Assembly (NCBI GenBank): GCA_024278595.1 | Contig: JAJRSW010000099.1 | Location: 5,573-69,572, forward strand | DNA from: Fidelibacterota bacterium | GTDB lineage: Bacteria > Fidelibacterota > UBA8477 > JABMPR01 | Direction: 5' to 3' | Length of the DNA: 64,000 nt | Part shown: in pieces, positions 11,491 through 22,417 of the stretch | Numbering within the stretch: the first letter of the stretch is position 1 | Layout of the letters: each line of letters starts with the position of its first letter | Program-made: the position numbers and the translations under genes | The notes under the pieces: generated by a model | Told to the model about the DNA's origin: nothing | The model's database searches: none | Seen by the model: only the letters and a program-made list of their open reading frames with translations

Positions 11491-12585
11491 ATGAATTTCG
11501 GGATCCTCCGTGAAAGTCGTTTAAATGAAAAACGGGTCTGTATAACACCCAATGGTGCCAAATCTCTGGTAAAACGTGAGCAAACCGTCTTTGTTGAGTC
11601 TGGCGCAGGCCTGGCCAGTGGATTCTCAGATCAAGCTTATATCGAGAATGGGGCTCGGATCGTTTTTAGCCATGAAGAACTCTATGGACGTTCAGATGTG
11701 CTGTTAAAAGTGCTGCCTGTTACCGAAGACTCGCTGGAGCATATCCGGGAGGGTCAGACGATTTTTTCCTTTCAACATCTCTCAGTGAGTTCTGAACAAG
11801 TATTCCAGGGTTTGATGGATAAGAAGGTCACCCTGGTCGGTATGGAGATCATGGAAGAGGCTGACGGTTCAAGACCCATTCTAACGATCATGAGTGAATT
11901 AGCCGGACAAATGGCTCCGGTCATTGCCGGAAATTATTTGGGAAGAGATCCCATGGGTCGTGGTGTATTACTGGGGAGTGTTCCCGGTGTGGCACCGGCC
12001 TCTGTGGTACTTATTGGGGCAGGACAAGTGGGGGTGAGTGCTGCCAGGGCATTTTTGGGCTTGGGCGCTCAGGTCCATATTCTGGATCGTGACCTTAACC
12101 AACTCCGGAAGGTGCGGGGCTTACTGGGAGACCAGGTGACCACGCTTTATGCGAATCAGGCGGCCATCGAAAAATGCCTGATATTTGCCGATGTAGTTTG
12201 CACCGCCATTTTAGATCGCGGCGCGTTAACACCGCATGTGATCTCCAGGGAAATGATCAAAAAGATGAAGCATCTGGCTGTGTTCATAGATTATTCAGTT
12301 GATGAAGGTGGTGCCAGTGAGACGACCCGGCCAACCCTGCTGGCTGATCCAGTATATATTGATGAGGACGTTATTCACTATTGTGTTCCAAACATTACTG
12401 CCGGAATAAACCGAACCACTTCCATAGCCTTGAGCAATGTGCTTTCAAAATACCTTAACCAGATCGCTGAACAGGGAGTTGAAAAAACCATCAAGGGCTC
12501 ATTCGCCTTAAGAAAGGGACTCTACACCCTTGAAGGACGCAATATGCAGCCCGTGCTGAACCGCAGATTCGGAATAAAGATTTAA
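11491..12585 (+). CDS. ald: Alanine dehydrogenase
   Basis: E.RV..TP, VESGAG..SGFSD, MSELAG, GVLLGSVPGV, IGAGQVG, DEGGASET, HYCVPNI motifs. Confidence 0.9.
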   Translation: MNFGILRESRLNEKRVCITPNGAKSLVKREQTVFVESGAGLASGFSDQAYIENGARIVFSHEELYGRSDVLLKVLPVTEDSLEHIREGQTIFSFQHLSVSSEQVFQGLMDKKVTLVGMEIMEEADGSRPILTIMSELAGQMAPVIAGNYLGRDPMGRGVLLGSVPGVAPASVVLIGAGQVGVSAARAFLGLGAQVHILDRDLNQLRKVRGLLGDQVTTLYANQAAIEKCLIFADVVCTAILDRGALTPHVISREMIKKMKHLAVFIDYSVDEGGASETTRPTLLADPVYIDEDVIHYCVPNITAGINRTTSIALSNVLSKYLNQIAEQGVEKTIKGSFALRKGLYTLEGRNMQPVLNRRFGIKI

Positions 12586-13881
12586 TGACCTGGACCAGCC
12601 AATATCAATCACGGATCGGTACGCCTGAAGAGGCCATGTCCCTGATCAAATCCAGGGACTCGGTTTATCTCCACGCCGGTGCAGCTACTCCACAGATATT
12701 TGTGGATGCCTTTAGTAAAAGGGTGATGCAACTCGAGGGTGTCACGATCAGCCATATCCTGAGTTTGGGAGATGCCAAATACGTGACGCCTGAGATGCAG
12801 GGGCATGTACGGTTAAACTCACTTTTTACCGGTGTCAATGTCCGGGAAGCTGTGAATGCTGGACGGGCAGACTGGACGCCGATCTTTTTATCTGAGATTC
12901 CCGGTCTGTACAAGAAAGGGTATCTACCGGTTGATGTGGCCATCATCCATGTGAGTCCACCGGATTCTCATGGATTTTGCAGCTTTGGGGTGAGTACCGA
13001 TACCACCATTGCCGCCTGTAAAGTAGCAAAAAAGATCATTGCCATGGTGAATCAACAGATGCCCAGTGTGCATGGTGATAACTTTATTCATGCTTCCAAA
13101 CTGGACTTCATTGTGGAAGCCGATGAGCCGCTATTCCAGGCTCCCAAGGTCGCATTATCAAAGCGACACATGCAGATCGGTAGGTACATCGCCAGTCTCA
13201 TCTGAAGATGGATCCACGCTTCAGATGGGCATTGGAGCCATACCTGATGCCACCCTGCACTATCTAAAAGAGAAACGCAATCTGGGTATTCATACAGAAA
13301 TGTTCAGCGATGGGGTGGTGGAGTTGGTGGAATCTGGTGTGATAAATGGTGAGGAAAAGACCCTTCATCCAGGGAAAGTTGTATCCAGCATTGTCATGGG
13401 ATCTCAACATGTATATGATTTTATCCATGAAAACCCCTTTATGGAATTTCACCCCACTGATTACGTAAATGACCCCTATATTATCGCCCAAAACCATAAG
13501 ATGGTTGCCATCAATTCTTCCATAGAGATCGATTTGACCGGTCAGGTTTGTTCAGACTCAATGGGAAGGTTGAACTGGTCAGGAATTGGGGGGCAAGTCG
13601 ATTTTATGCGGGGTGCCTCACGCAGTCCAGGTGGTATTCCCATTATCGCCATGCCCTCAACAGCTAAAAAGGGCACCCAATCCCGCATTGTCCTGGATCT
13701 AAAACCAGGAGCCGCTGTGACCACCAGCCGTGGGGATGTGCATTGTATTGTTACTGAATTCGGAATTGCTCAGTTACACGGTAAAACATTAAGAGAACGC
13801 GCCAAAGCCCTGATCGAGATTGCCCACCCTGATTTTCGTGAGGAACTGGAGCGTCAATCCCATGAAAGTAAATTGATATAA
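12585..13881 (+). pseudogene. 4-hydroxybutyrate/acetyl-CoA hydrolase-transferase family CoA-transferase split by a 1-nt insertion near 13203
   Basis: ORFs 12585..13205 and 13066..13881 join as ASLI|EDGSTLQMGIG if one T is removed, giving 431 aa; HTEMFSDG, GGQVDF, IVTEFGIA, IAHPDFRE motifs. Confidence 0.85.
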
Positions 13882-13924
13882 TAAATGATCGAAGACACGA
13901 TATGAATCTGAGGAGGTTCTGAAT

Positions 13925-14293
13925 ATGGCAAAAGCTCGTGGACTTGTTGCAGTAAACGTCGAGGAATGTAAAGGCTGCAATTTATGCGTCGTTGCCTGCC
14001 CCGTTGATGTTCTGCATCTTGCAGACAGTTTTAATACACACGGATATAGTCCTGCTGAATACGATGGTGAAGGTTGTACTGGTTGTGGCGTTTGCTACTA
14101 TGCCTGCCCGGAACCGGGAGCGATCACAGTTTACAAAAACTGGGCAGAAGCCCAGGAGGCCTACATCTGTCAGGTCAAACAGGTGCCCAGTAAGCTGACA
14201 GTAGTTGACTCGGTCAAAGGTATCGCTAAGTGCGAGGCCTGTGGTAAGGACGTAATCCTAAGCAATTTCAGTAATCTAAGTTTTGCGGAGTAA
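13925..14293 (+). CDS. 2x[4Fe-4S] ferredoxin (delta subunit of 2-oxoacid:ferredoxin oxidoreductase)
   Basis: [12 protein letters not shown] and [12 protein letters not shown]. Confidence 0.9.
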   Translation: MAKARGLVAVNVEECKGCNLCVVACPVDVLHLADSFNTHGYSPAEYDGEGCTGCGVCYYACPEPGAITVYKNWAEAQEAYICQVKQVPSKLTVVDSVKGIAKCEACGKDVILSNFSNLSFAE

Positions 14294-14296
14294 GCA

Positions 14297-15355
14297 ATGG
14301 CTAAACAATTTGTAAAAGGAAATGAAGCGATCGTCAAAGGAGCCATTTTGGCCGGTTGTCGCGCTTATTATGGATATCCCATCACGCCGGCCAGTGAGAT
14401 TGCCCATGCGGCGGCCTTGTATATGCCCATGGTAGGCGGGACCTTCCTTCAGGCTGAAAGTGAGATCGCAGCTATCAATATGGTCTATGGAGCATCTGGA
14501 ACCGGGATCCGGGCCATGACAGCCAGCTCCAGCCCTGGATTCAGTTTAAAACAGGAAGGTTTGTCTTATCTGGCAGGTGCAGAATTACCCTGCGTGGTCG
14601 TTGATATCACCCGTGGCGGTCCGGGACTTGGAAACATTGCACCCGAACAGGCTGATTACCACCAGGTTGTCAAGGGCGGTGGCCACGGCAACTATAAAAA
14701 TATCGTTCTGGCTCCTAACTCGGCCCAGGAGATGTGTGACCTGACCATGCTGGCCTTTGAATTATCTGACAGATACCGTAATCCGGCAGTGGTTCTAGCA
14801 GATGGATTTATCGGCCAGATGATGGAGCCTGTTGATTTTCCAGAACCAGTCACAGAATTTCCTGAAAAGACCTGGGCTGTCCGCGGTGTGGATCGCGATC
14901 GGATGAACCTGGTCAGTTCCATCGAACTGGATCCGGATGATCTGGAACGGCATAACCAGAAATTGCAGCGAAAATACGAGATCATCACCAATAACGACAC
15001 TCGTTATGAGGAATATCAGTTGGATGATGCTGAGTACGTGGTTGTTGGTTATGGGATCGTCTCCCGATTGGTCCATACAGCGATCAATCAATTGCGCGAT
15101 GAGGGTGTCAAGGTTGGTATGCTGCGACCCATAACACTTATGCCATACCCGAGCAAGCGGTTGAGTGAATTGGCAGCTTTGGAGCAAGTCAAAGCTTTTA
15201 GTGTCATCGAATTAAGCAACGGCCAAATGGTTGATGATGTGCGGTTGGCTGTGAATGGCACCAAACCGGTAGAGTTTTATGGTCGCATGGGTGGAAACGT
15301 GCCATCCATTAAAGAATTGGTTCACGAGATCAAACGGATGATGAGGGTACTATGA
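14297..15355 (+). CDS. vorB: 2-oxoisovalerate (3-methyl-2-oxobutanoate):ferredoxin oxidoreductase alpha-type subunit
   Basis: [38 protein letters not shown]. Confidence 0.88.
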   Translation: MAKQFVKGNEAIVKGAILAGCRAYYGYPITPASEIAHAAALYMPMVGGTFLQAESEIAAINMVYGASGTGIRAMTASSSPGFSLKQEGLSYLAGAELPCVVVDITRGGPGLGNIAPEQADYHQVVKGGGHGNYKNIVLAPNSAQEMCDLTMLAFELSDRYRNPAVVLADGFIGQMMEPVDFPEPVTEFPEKTWAVRGVDRDRMNLVSSIELDPDDLERHNQKLQRKYEIITNNDTRYEEYQLDDAEYVVVGYGIVSRLVHTAINQLRDEGVKVGMLRPITLMPYPSKRLSELAALEQVKAFSVIELSNGQMVDDVRLAVNGTKPVEFYGRMGGNVPSIKELVHEIKRMMRVL

Positions 15356-16785
15356 GCGTCAAAATATTAGGAAAATCAAAAGGCTTCTACGAAACCTACG
15401 AACGTCGTCCCGGAAACAACCAGGAACAAACCCATTACTGTCCCGGTTGTGGTCATGGTATTCTCCATAAAATGATCGCTGAAGCCCTGGTAGATTTCGA
15501 TGTAGCGGAAAACATGATCTTTATCAGTCCGGTTGGGTGTAGCGTCTTTGCCTACTACTATTTTAACGCAGGGAATATTCAAGCTGCCCATGGACGGGCA
15601 CCTGCAGTAGCCACCGGTGTAAAGCGGGCTTTGCCTGAGTCCATTGTGATCTCTTATCAAGGTGATGGTGATCTGGCAGCCATTGGTGGCAATGAGATCC
15701 TCCACGCTGCCAATCGAGGCGAAGCAATAACGGTCTTCTTCGTGAACAACGCCATTTATGGTATGACTGGCGGACAGATGGCTCCCACGACGCTCATTGG
15801 ACAGAAGACCACTACAACGCCCTATGGCCGGACTCTGCAGAATGAGGGCTACCCCATAAAGATGGCCGAGATCATCGCCAGCCTGGAATCCCCGGTTTAT
15901 GTAGAACGGGTGATGCTGGCAGATGTGCGATCCAAAAATGCTGCCCGAAAAGCGGTTCGGAAGGGCATTAAGAATCAGATGGAGAAGAAGGGTTTTTCCT
16001 TTATTGAAGTTCTCTCAACCTGCCCAACGGGTTGGAAGATGACCGCTCCTCAATCTGAGGAATGGATCAAAACTACTTTAGCGGAGAACTTTCCATTGGG
16101 AGTGTATAAAGATATCGCGGATCAGGTTGAACCCCTGGATCTGAGCCTGAATTTGGCCCCACCGGAACGCGTACCCAAGTTGATCGGGCTGGATCAGGAT
16201 AAAATGGACTTTGATACTGCTTCCATGAAGCTCGCTGCAGATATAGATCAGGAGATCAAAATTGCCGGGTTCGGTGGCCAGGGCGTCCTCTCGCTGGGCG
16301 TCTGGTTGAGTGAGATCGGTATGCGTGAAGACCTGGAGGTCAGTTGGATCCCATCCTATGGACCTGAAATGCGTGGTGGCACAGCGAACTGTCATGTGAA
16401 GTTATCCAGAAATAAAATTGGTTCACCCCTGGTGACCCATCCCACAGTCCTGGTGGCCATGAATCGGCCGTCTCTGGAAAAATTTGAAGCTGATGTCGTG
16501 GAGGGGGGGGCCATAGTTTGGGATAGTGCCCTCATCGATGTTGAACCGCAACGGACAGATGTGAGGAATATCCCGGTTCCTGCAACCCGGATCGCCAAGG
16601 AGATTGGTAATAGCAGGGTTTCCAATGTGGTGTTGCTGGGGGTCCTGGCCGGGTTCTCTGATTTTCTTGATCCTTTAGTGGTCCAACGGGTATTACCGCT
16701 TATCTTTAAGAAGAAACATCTTCTGGAGATCAATCTGAAGGCTTTTGAGGTTGGCCTGGGCCTGGGGAGAGAACTCACAGATTGA
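15352..16785 (+). CDS. 2-oxoacid:ferredoxin oxidoreductase beta-gamma fusion subunit
   Basis: [27 protein letters not shown] (TPP-binding), followed by AGFGGQG and SYGPEMRGG (gamma). Confidence 0.9.
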   Translation: MSVKILGKSKGFYETYERRPGNNQEQTHYCPGCGHGILHKMIAEALVDFDVAENMIFISPVGCSVFAYYYFNAGNIQAAHGRAPAVATGVKRALPESIVISYQGDGDLAAIGGNEILHAANRGEAITVFFVNNAIYGMTGGQMAPTTLIGQKTTTTPYGRTLQNEGYPIKMAEIIASLESPVYVERVMLADVRSKNAARKAVRKGIKNQMEKKGFSFIEVLSTCPTGWKMTAPQSEEWIKTTLAENFPLGVYKDIADQVEPLDLSLNLAPPERVPKLIGLDQDKMDFDTASMKLAADIDQEIKIAGFGGQGVLSLGVWLSEIGMREDLEVSWIPSYGPEMRGGTANCHVKLSRNKIGSPLVTHPTVLVAMNRPSLEKFEADVVEGGAIVWDSALIDVEPQRTDVRNIPVPATRIAKEIGNSRVSNVVLLGVLAGFSDFLDPLVVQRVLPLIFKKKHLLEINLKAFEVGLGLGRELTD

Positions 16786-16925
16786 AGAATTTAAGTTGAA
16801 AAACGGCTATGAATGACCAGGGCAACGCATAGGGCAGGGGATACTCCGAAGTGTTAGCTTGCAGAATCCGCTACGAACTCTGAGTTCTCTGTGCTTAATT
16901 TAAAACCGACAAAAGGAGGTCACAT

Positions 16926-17387
16926 ATGCAATTTACCAGGATCATGGTACCGACAGATTTTTCTGAATCGGCAAAATACGCACTACCCTTTGCAGTGGAT
17001 CTGGCCAGTAAGTATGGCGCCAGCCTGCATGTCCTTCATGTTGTTGAGCCCATTGTAGCACCGGTGGACTTCGCCTGGGGCACCTATAGTTACCCCGATA
17101 TTGAAAAACAATTGAGCGGATATGTGGATGAGTCCCTGGCGAAGATTATGGATGAACAGATTTCTGATGAGATCACGTGTGATTCAACCAGCTTACATGG
17201 CAAACCCTGGCGAGAGATCGTAGCGCATGCCCGGGATCAGCAGATGGATCTGATCGTTATGGCCACTCATGGTCTCAGTGGCTTAAGCCACGCCCTGTAT
17301 GGATCGACTGCTGAGAAGGTCGTTCGCAAGGCTCCCTGTCCCGTACTGATTGTCCGTCATCCTGATGTTAAATTTGAAATGCCCTGA
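16926..17387 (+). CDS. Universal stress protein (UspA family)
   Basis: IMVPTDFS, DLIVMATHG, GSTAEKVVRKAPCPVL; AGGAGG SD. Confidence 0.93.
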   Translation: MQFTRIMVPTDFSESAKYALPFAVDLASKYGASLHVLHVVEPIVAPVDFAWGTYSYPDIEKQLSGYVDESLAKIMDEQISDEITCDSTSLHGKPWREIVAHARDQQMDLIVMATHGLSGLSHALYGSTAEKVVRKAPCPVLIVRHPDVKFEMP

Positions 17388-17445
17388 TGCGGGGCTCACC
17401 CGAAGGCGAATCAGCTTTATTCGGCCCGTAAAACGGCTAGAATAA

Positions 17446-17544
17446 TAACATATTTCGTCAGGCCAATGCAGCGAAGCACTTAAACTTTAACTTTAAGTGT
17501 GTTGGATGTTATCAACACCCGTTATCTGTTGACGAAATGATATA
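17446..17544. repeat. Degenerate ~100-bp inverted-repeat-bounded element (MITE-like)
   Basis: ATTTCGTCA ... TGACGAAAT ends, with internal palindromes CACTTAAA/TTTAAGTG and GTGTTG/CAACAC. Confidence 0.4.
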
Positions 17545-17695
17545 ACAACCTGTACTACAGAGAGATACAGAGATCAGTTCCAGCCAAATGGTACTCAATA
17601 AATTATTTTAGCATTTTGATCCGCGATTTTACTGAGCGTGAATAAAAAGATTTCAGTTTAGCAATTCGAGACCTTTTTTCTATCTTTGAGGCTAA

Positions 17696-18283
17696 ATGGT
17701 CAGCCTGCACACCAATCAGCCCATAGCAGATATTATTTCCAGCCTGGAATATATCTATCGTTTAAAATCGATTTCCCGAAGGGGTTGGGTGCAATCTGGA
17801 ATTCCTCATTCTGAGGTTGAATCTGTGGCTGCCCATAGTTACGGGATGTCCATTCTAATCCTTTTTCTGAGCTCCGAGCTGCAGCAAAGGGGGATTGATA
17901 TCCAACGGTCATTGAACATGGCTTTGATCCATGATATGGCTGAAGCACTCGTGGGTGATATCACGCCTCAGGATGATATCTCTGATGGCGACAAGCTGGC
18001 AGCTGAAGCAGTAGCCATGCAGGAGCTGTTTACTGGTGTGAAGCAGGGTGAGTTCTTTCGCGAATTGTGGAATGAATTTGAGGCCGGGAAAAGCCCGGAA
18101 GCCCAGGTAGTGAAGCGGCTGGATAAATTGGATATGTTGATCCAGGCTTATTTATATGAGAAGCAATTTGAATTACGATTGGATTCTTTTTGGGAGCAGC
18201 TGGATGACCTATTCAAGGATAGTGAATCAGAGTCGATATATAATCATATACGCTCCAATAGATTTGAAATAAAAGGAAGTTAA
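17696..18283 (+). CDS. HD-domain phosphohydrolase (HDDC2/YfbR-like)
   Basis: LK...R.GW, ESVAAHS, LIHDMAEALVGDITP, DKLDM. Confidence 0.9.
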   Translation: MVSLHTNQPIADIISSLEYIYRLKSISRRGWVQSGIPHSEVESVAAHSYGMSILILFLSSELQQRGIDIQRSLNMALIHDMAEALVGDITPQDDISDGDKLAAEAVAMQELFTGVKQGEFFRELWNEFEAGKSPEAQVVKRLDKLDMLIQAYLYEKQFELRLDSFWEQLDDLFKDSESESIYNHIRSNRFEIKGS

Positions 18284-18286
18284 GAC

Positions 18287-19777
18287 ATGCGGATTTTGGG
18301 ACTTGTAAAACTTGTATTGATGGCCCTGCTGATAATCAGTCCGGTATTTGCAGAAGAGGATGCCAATGTATCAGCAGACCACGCAACTGAACAGGGGGTC
18401 ACACAGGAAAATGATTCCCATGGTGAGGTCCAGGAGGCAGGCCATAGCACACTCCCACCCATCTGGCTGGTGGCACCTTTTCTCTTATTGTTGATCATGA
18501 TTGCAACAGGACCCTTGTTCTTTCCCCATCTCTGGGAACATCACTACCCCAAGATCGCCATGTCTCTGGGGACCATAGTTGCGGTCTACTATGGTTTTGC
18601 CATGGATCATGGGGTCTACAATCTGCTCCACACTCTGGAGGAGTACATCTCCTTCATTGCACTGCTCACGGCACTGTTCGTGGCTTCAGGGGGTATACTG
18701 ATCAAATTCAATACACGGGGTACACCTTTGGCAAATGCAGCTATTCTGCTGGGCGGTGCCGTACTCTCCAATCTCATCGGGACCACCGGTGCTTCCATGT
18801 TGTTGATCCGCCCCTACATGCGTCTAAATGAAGGTCGTTTAAAACCCTTTCACATCATATTCTTTATTTTTGTGGTGAGTAATATTGGCGGTGGTTTGAC
18901 ACCTATCGGTGATCCGCCCTTATTTCTAGGCTTCCTCAAGGGTGTCCCCTTTTTCTGGGTGATTAGTAATGTCTGGCATATCTGGCTGGTAACGGTACTG
19001 GCCGTAGTGGGCGTTTTTGTGGTGTTTGATATGCGAGTCCCTGGTGGCAGCGCTCCTACTGGAACCGGAAAAGTTGTTGAAATTATTGGTGCTAAAAACT
19101 TTCTGTATCTGGGGGTTGTGATCCTTTCCGTATTCATGGATCCAGCTGTCATCGAAGGTTTTCCAAGTTTACAAAAAATACTTCACCTACCCTTTGGGAT
19201 CCGCGAGATCATTATGTTCACTGTAGCCTATCTGGCATATCGAAATGGTAACAAGGAGGCTCTCAGGGGCAATGAGTTCAACTTTGAGCCCATCAAAGAG
19301 GTGGCGTATCTGTTCATTGGTATCTTTGCCACCATGATCCCTGCCTTGCAGCTGATCGGTGCTTATGCCAAGGATCATGCCGCCGAATTTACGGTGACCC
19401 GCTTTTATTGGTTTACCGGTTCTCTGTCTGGAGTTCTGGACAATGCCCCGACCTATCTGAACTTTCTCGCGGGGGCACTGGGTAAATTTGGATTGGATAT
19501 GGGTTCCCTGAGTGATGTTCAACATTTTGCCGGCGGAACACCCTCACCCATTCCCGGAGACTCTAATTCGGTGGTCTATCTGATGGCGATCTCGGTGGCC
19601 GCTGTGTTTTTTGGAGCCATGACCTATATTGGAAATGCACCAAACTTCATGGTGAAAAATATTGCTGAACAAGCTGGTGTGGATGTTCCCAGTTTTCTGG
19701 GTTACATCTTCAAGTATTCAATCCCGATCCTGTTGCCGATCTTCTTGGTCGTATGGTGGATCTTTTTTAATCTATAA
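18287..19777 (+). CDS. Putative Na+/H+ antiporter or ion-transporter-superfamily permease
   Basis: Multi-TM; GTTGASMLLIRP, SNIGGGLTPIGDPPLFLG, LDNAPTY, TYIGNAPNFMVK. Confidence 0.8.
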   Translation: MRILGLVKLVLMALLIISPVFAEEDANVSADHATEQGVTQENDSHGEVQEAGHSTLPPIWLVAPFLLLLIMIATGPLFFPHLWEHHYPKIAMSLGTIVAVYYGFAMDHGVYNLLHTLEEYISFIALLTALFVASGGILIKFNTRGTPLANAAILLGGAVLSNLIGTTGASMLLIRPYMRLNEGRLKPFHIIFFIFVVSNIGGGLTPIGDPPLFLGFLKGVPFFWVISNVWHIWLVTVLAVVGVFVVFDMRVPGGSAPTGTGKVVEIIGAKNFLYLGVVILSVFMDPAVIEGFPSLQKILHLPFGIREIIMFTVAYLAYRNGNKEALRGNEFNFEPIKEVAYLFIGIFATMIPALQLIGAYAKDHAAEFTVTRFYWFTGSLSGVLDNAPTYLNFLAGALGKFGLDMGSLSDVQHFAGGTPSPIPGDSNSVVYLMAISVAAVFFGAMTYIGNAPNFMVKNIAEQAGVDVPSFLGYIFKYSIPILLPIFLVVWWIFFNL

Positions 19778-19800
19778 TCACTGGGAGAAGGAGAATTTTC

Positions 19801-20193
19801 ATGAGCAAAACTATTCAACAGTCTATTGATGCGCAGGACAAAGGCTTTCTGGTCAAGAATTCGATTTTTCTACCGTTTCATATTGACCTGATCAGTGTGT
19901 GGATCGGGAAGGATATGTCCCTCCTGTCCAAACCAGATGTCCTAACAGATTTTAGTGATCAAAAGGGTGATATCCACCTCCGTGAGGGGGAGAGCTATAC
20001 CAATCTGATCTTTGTTCACCATAAAGAACTGAAAAAGGAGTATGGCCATTACAAGGGTCATATCATCCTGTATGGCACTGAAAAAGGTGCTGATATTTTT
20101 GATCCCGCCAGGCGCCATTATATCAAATTATCCTTCCATGATGACACCAATAATGTTTATATGGAATTGATTGACGATCCATTCGATCTTTGA
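19801..20193 (+). CDS. Hypothetical protein
   Basis: 130-aa ORF with AGGAG SD, in operon context. Confidence 0.7.
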   Translation: MSKTIQQSIDAQDKGFLVKNSIFLPFHIDLISVWIGKDMSLLSKPDVLTDFSDQKGDIHLREGESYTNLIFVHHKELKKEYGHYKGHIILYGTEKGADIFDPARRHYIKLSFHDDTNNVYMELIDDPFDL

Positions 20194-21433
20194 TTCAGGA
20201 CCCGGGGTTCCTTTGGAGCAGATCGATCTCGTCATAAGCGGAATTGTTGGTTATTTATTAATAGCTGCCGGATTCGTCCGATGGGTGGGTAGCCGTGTTT
20301 CAAGTGTTCATCAACACCAGTTTGCTTTTGTCACGATCTTTTTATTGATCGTGGGGATAATACCGCAACTCAGTTTACCTCTGGTAGCGCCGGGAATAAT
20401 ATTCAGTCTGGGAATGATGCTCTTCGCTCTACACCTGAGTGCCTATTATTCAGGAACGCCCAAGAATTCCGCCAGTTTATATGCCGTCATATTAAGTCTC
20501 TCTGCGGTGATCCTGGCCCAAATGATCCATCCCTTGCTGCAGGATGTAAGTCTGGCAAGATTCTTTATGATGGGCGGTGTTTGGCTATTGTTATTGAAAC
20601 TGGAGCAGATCATTTCCAACCAGGTCCATCAATATTCTCGGGTGGAATACAGCTTCCTCTGGCTCTGGTTCATCGTGAGTGGGTTAGGTCTTGTGGATAC
20701 CCAGATCCAGGTTTTGCCCGAGCTCTTTTTTCTGGTGTTGCTGTTAACCCATTTTGCCAAACGCTGGCCTCGGCAGAGCATTCCGGCACCGCTGGTTGCT
20801 TTGTATGCCATTTTATTTGTGTGGCATCTGCACTTCCTGGCCCGGGGGCTGCCTGTGGGGATGGAGCTTTCAAATTTACAAATTGCCGTGACCGTAGCCT
20901 TAGTTCTGGGCTTTCTGATTCAGTCCTACCTGGTTAAGAGCCTTACAAGAAAGTTTTTATATTTGTATTTCGCCCAGGAGGTGCTGGTGCTGGGGCTTGG
21001 GATAGAGAACATGTTCCAACCCTCTCAGGAACTTGTGGGTCTTTTGCGACTGCTTCTGTTCATTTCATTGACGGGCCTATTCGTCATGATCGAATCACGA
21101 GAGGGACTGGGGCTGGATACTCAGCTTTTAAACGGCCTGGGTCGTGAGAGGGCAAGATTTACCACAGGCCTGATGACGGTGTCATTATTATTGGTCATTT
21201 ATCCTCTGGTCCATTTCCCAGGTAGCAGTACGATGGTGAAAACACTTCTGGGGTTGCTGACCGTTGTTGGTCTGGCATGGGTCTCAGAGCTGTTTCGATC
21301 AAGCATTCAAAAAACGGATCGGCAATACCGAATTTTACGTCCCTCGCTCTCCATCTGGTCAACAGTGGTCTTTACCTTACTTTGGGCGGCTGTGACCTTG
21401 CTGGAAGTGTTAAGCAGGGATCTAATCGGTTAG
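20171..21433 (+). CDS. Polytopic membrane protein, weakly resembling NuoN/MrpD-type proton-translocating subunits
   Basis: Many hydrophobic helices; LNGLGRERARF...SLLLVIYP resembles the L.GL....P...LSL.G.P pattern; start uncertain. Confidence 0.55.
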   Translation: MTIHSIFDSGPGVPLEQIDLVISGIVGYLLIAAGFVRWVGSRVSSVHQHQFAFVTIFLLIVGIIPQLSLPLVAPGIIFSLGMMLFALHLSAYYSGTPKNSASLYAVILSLSAVILAQMIHPLLQDVSLARFFMMGGVWLLLLKLEQIISNQVHQYSRVEYSFLWLWFIVSGLGLVDTQIQVLPELFFLVLLLTHFAKRWPRQSIPAPLVALYAILFVWHLHFLARGLPVGMELSNLQIAVTVALVLGFLIQSYLVKSLTRKFLYLYFAQEVLVLGLGIENMFQPSQELVGLLRLLLFISLTGLFVMIESREGLGLDTQLLNGLGRERARFTTGLMTVSLLLVIYPLVHFPGSSTMVKTLLGLLTVVGLAWVSELFRSSIQKTDRQYRILRPSLSIWSTVVFTLLWAAVTLLEVLSRDLIG

Positions 21434-21460
21434 GAACTTTAAAATTTAAGGCACACTTCG

Positions 21461-22015
21461 ATGCGACTTACCAAGATCTATACCCGGAACGGTGATTATG
21501 GGACTACCAGATTAGCAAACGGGGAAACCGTTTCAAAAGATTCCCTACGAGTGATCGCTTATGGTGAGATCGATGAACTCAATAGTGTTCTGGGGGTAGT
21601 TCTCACTAAGGATCTGGATCTGAAGGTGGCGGAGATACTGGCCCATATTCAGCATCATCTTTTTGATGTGGGCGGGGAGTTGGCTTCGGCGGGGATGATC
21701 ACCGGCCTGGTCTCAGAGCAGCTGATCCTGGAACTGGAGCACAATATTGATCAATTGAATGCTGATCTACCAGCATTGGAAGAATTCATACTCCCCGGTG
21801 GAACCATTGTGGCTGCTGAGTTGCATCTGGGGCGAACCGTTTGTCGTCGAGCAGAACGTAGTATTGTTAGTTTAAGTCAGACAGAGACTGTTGCGGCAGA
21901 GATCATCAAGTATATCAATCGTCTTTCGGATCTGCTTTTTGTCATGGCCCGCTATGAGAACCACCGGAGTGATAGCCAGGAGATCTACTGGAAAAATCCC
22001 CGTACCTCACAATAG
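21461..22015 (+). CDS. pduO: PduO-type cob(I)alamin adenosyltransferase
   Basis: KIYTRNGDYGTT, AYGEIDELNS, FILPGG, RTVCRRAER, YINRLSDLLF. Confidence 0.92.
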   Translation: MRLTKIYTRNGDYGTTRLANGETVSKDSLRVIAYGEIDELNSVLGVVLTKDLDLKVAEILAHIQHHLFDVGGELASAGMITGLVSEQLILELEHNIDQLNADLPALEEFILPGGTIVAAELHLGRTVCRRAERSIVSLSQTETVAAEIIKYINRLSDLLFVMARYENHRSDSQEIYWKNPRTSQ

Positions 22016-22124
22016 GCTCAGTCATGGTCCGCTTGCTAAGGAGTGGAACCCACTTGAGCCAAAGTAGGTTCACCACGCATCACTTGATATTTTTGCGAGC
22101 TTTTTGCTATTCAAGCGGGTAGAC

Positions 22125-22412
22125 CTAAAAAAACTCCAACTGTCTGGCTGTAATAAAAGCACTCCCCAAGAGCTCCTGATCAACAAAAGCTGAAATCTTC
22201 TCAAAACTCGCCTCCAAATACCTGCGATCAGTGGAAACCATGGCAATGGCCAGGGAGGACCGCTGCCACTTATCCAAATAACCGACCTCAGCGACTGAAA
22301 CATTAAAACGGGTTTGTAGTCGATCTTTTAGACTCTTCACCACCCTGCGTTTCTGTTTCAGGCTTTGCGCTACGGGTAGATGCAACTCAAGCTGTAAAAG
22401 ACCGAGCTCCAC
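22125..22412 (-). CDS. DUF503 (YlxP-like) protein
   Basis: SLKQKRRVVKSL..RL..RFNVSVAEV...D.WQR. Confidence 0.85.
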   Translation of the reverse strand: MELGLLQLELHLPVAQSLKQKRRVVKSLKDRLQTRFNVSVAEVGYLDKWQRSSLAIAMVSTDRRYLEASFEKISAFVDQELLGSAFITARQLEFF

Positions 22413-22417
22413 TTAGC

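Noticed and set aside
6283..13205. UGA recoding or alternative genetic code suggested by two odd TGAs
   Set aside because: Many genes end normally at TGA (e.g. vorB, usp, rnhA), Trp is TGG, and the CoA-transferase case is a frameshift rather than readthrough.
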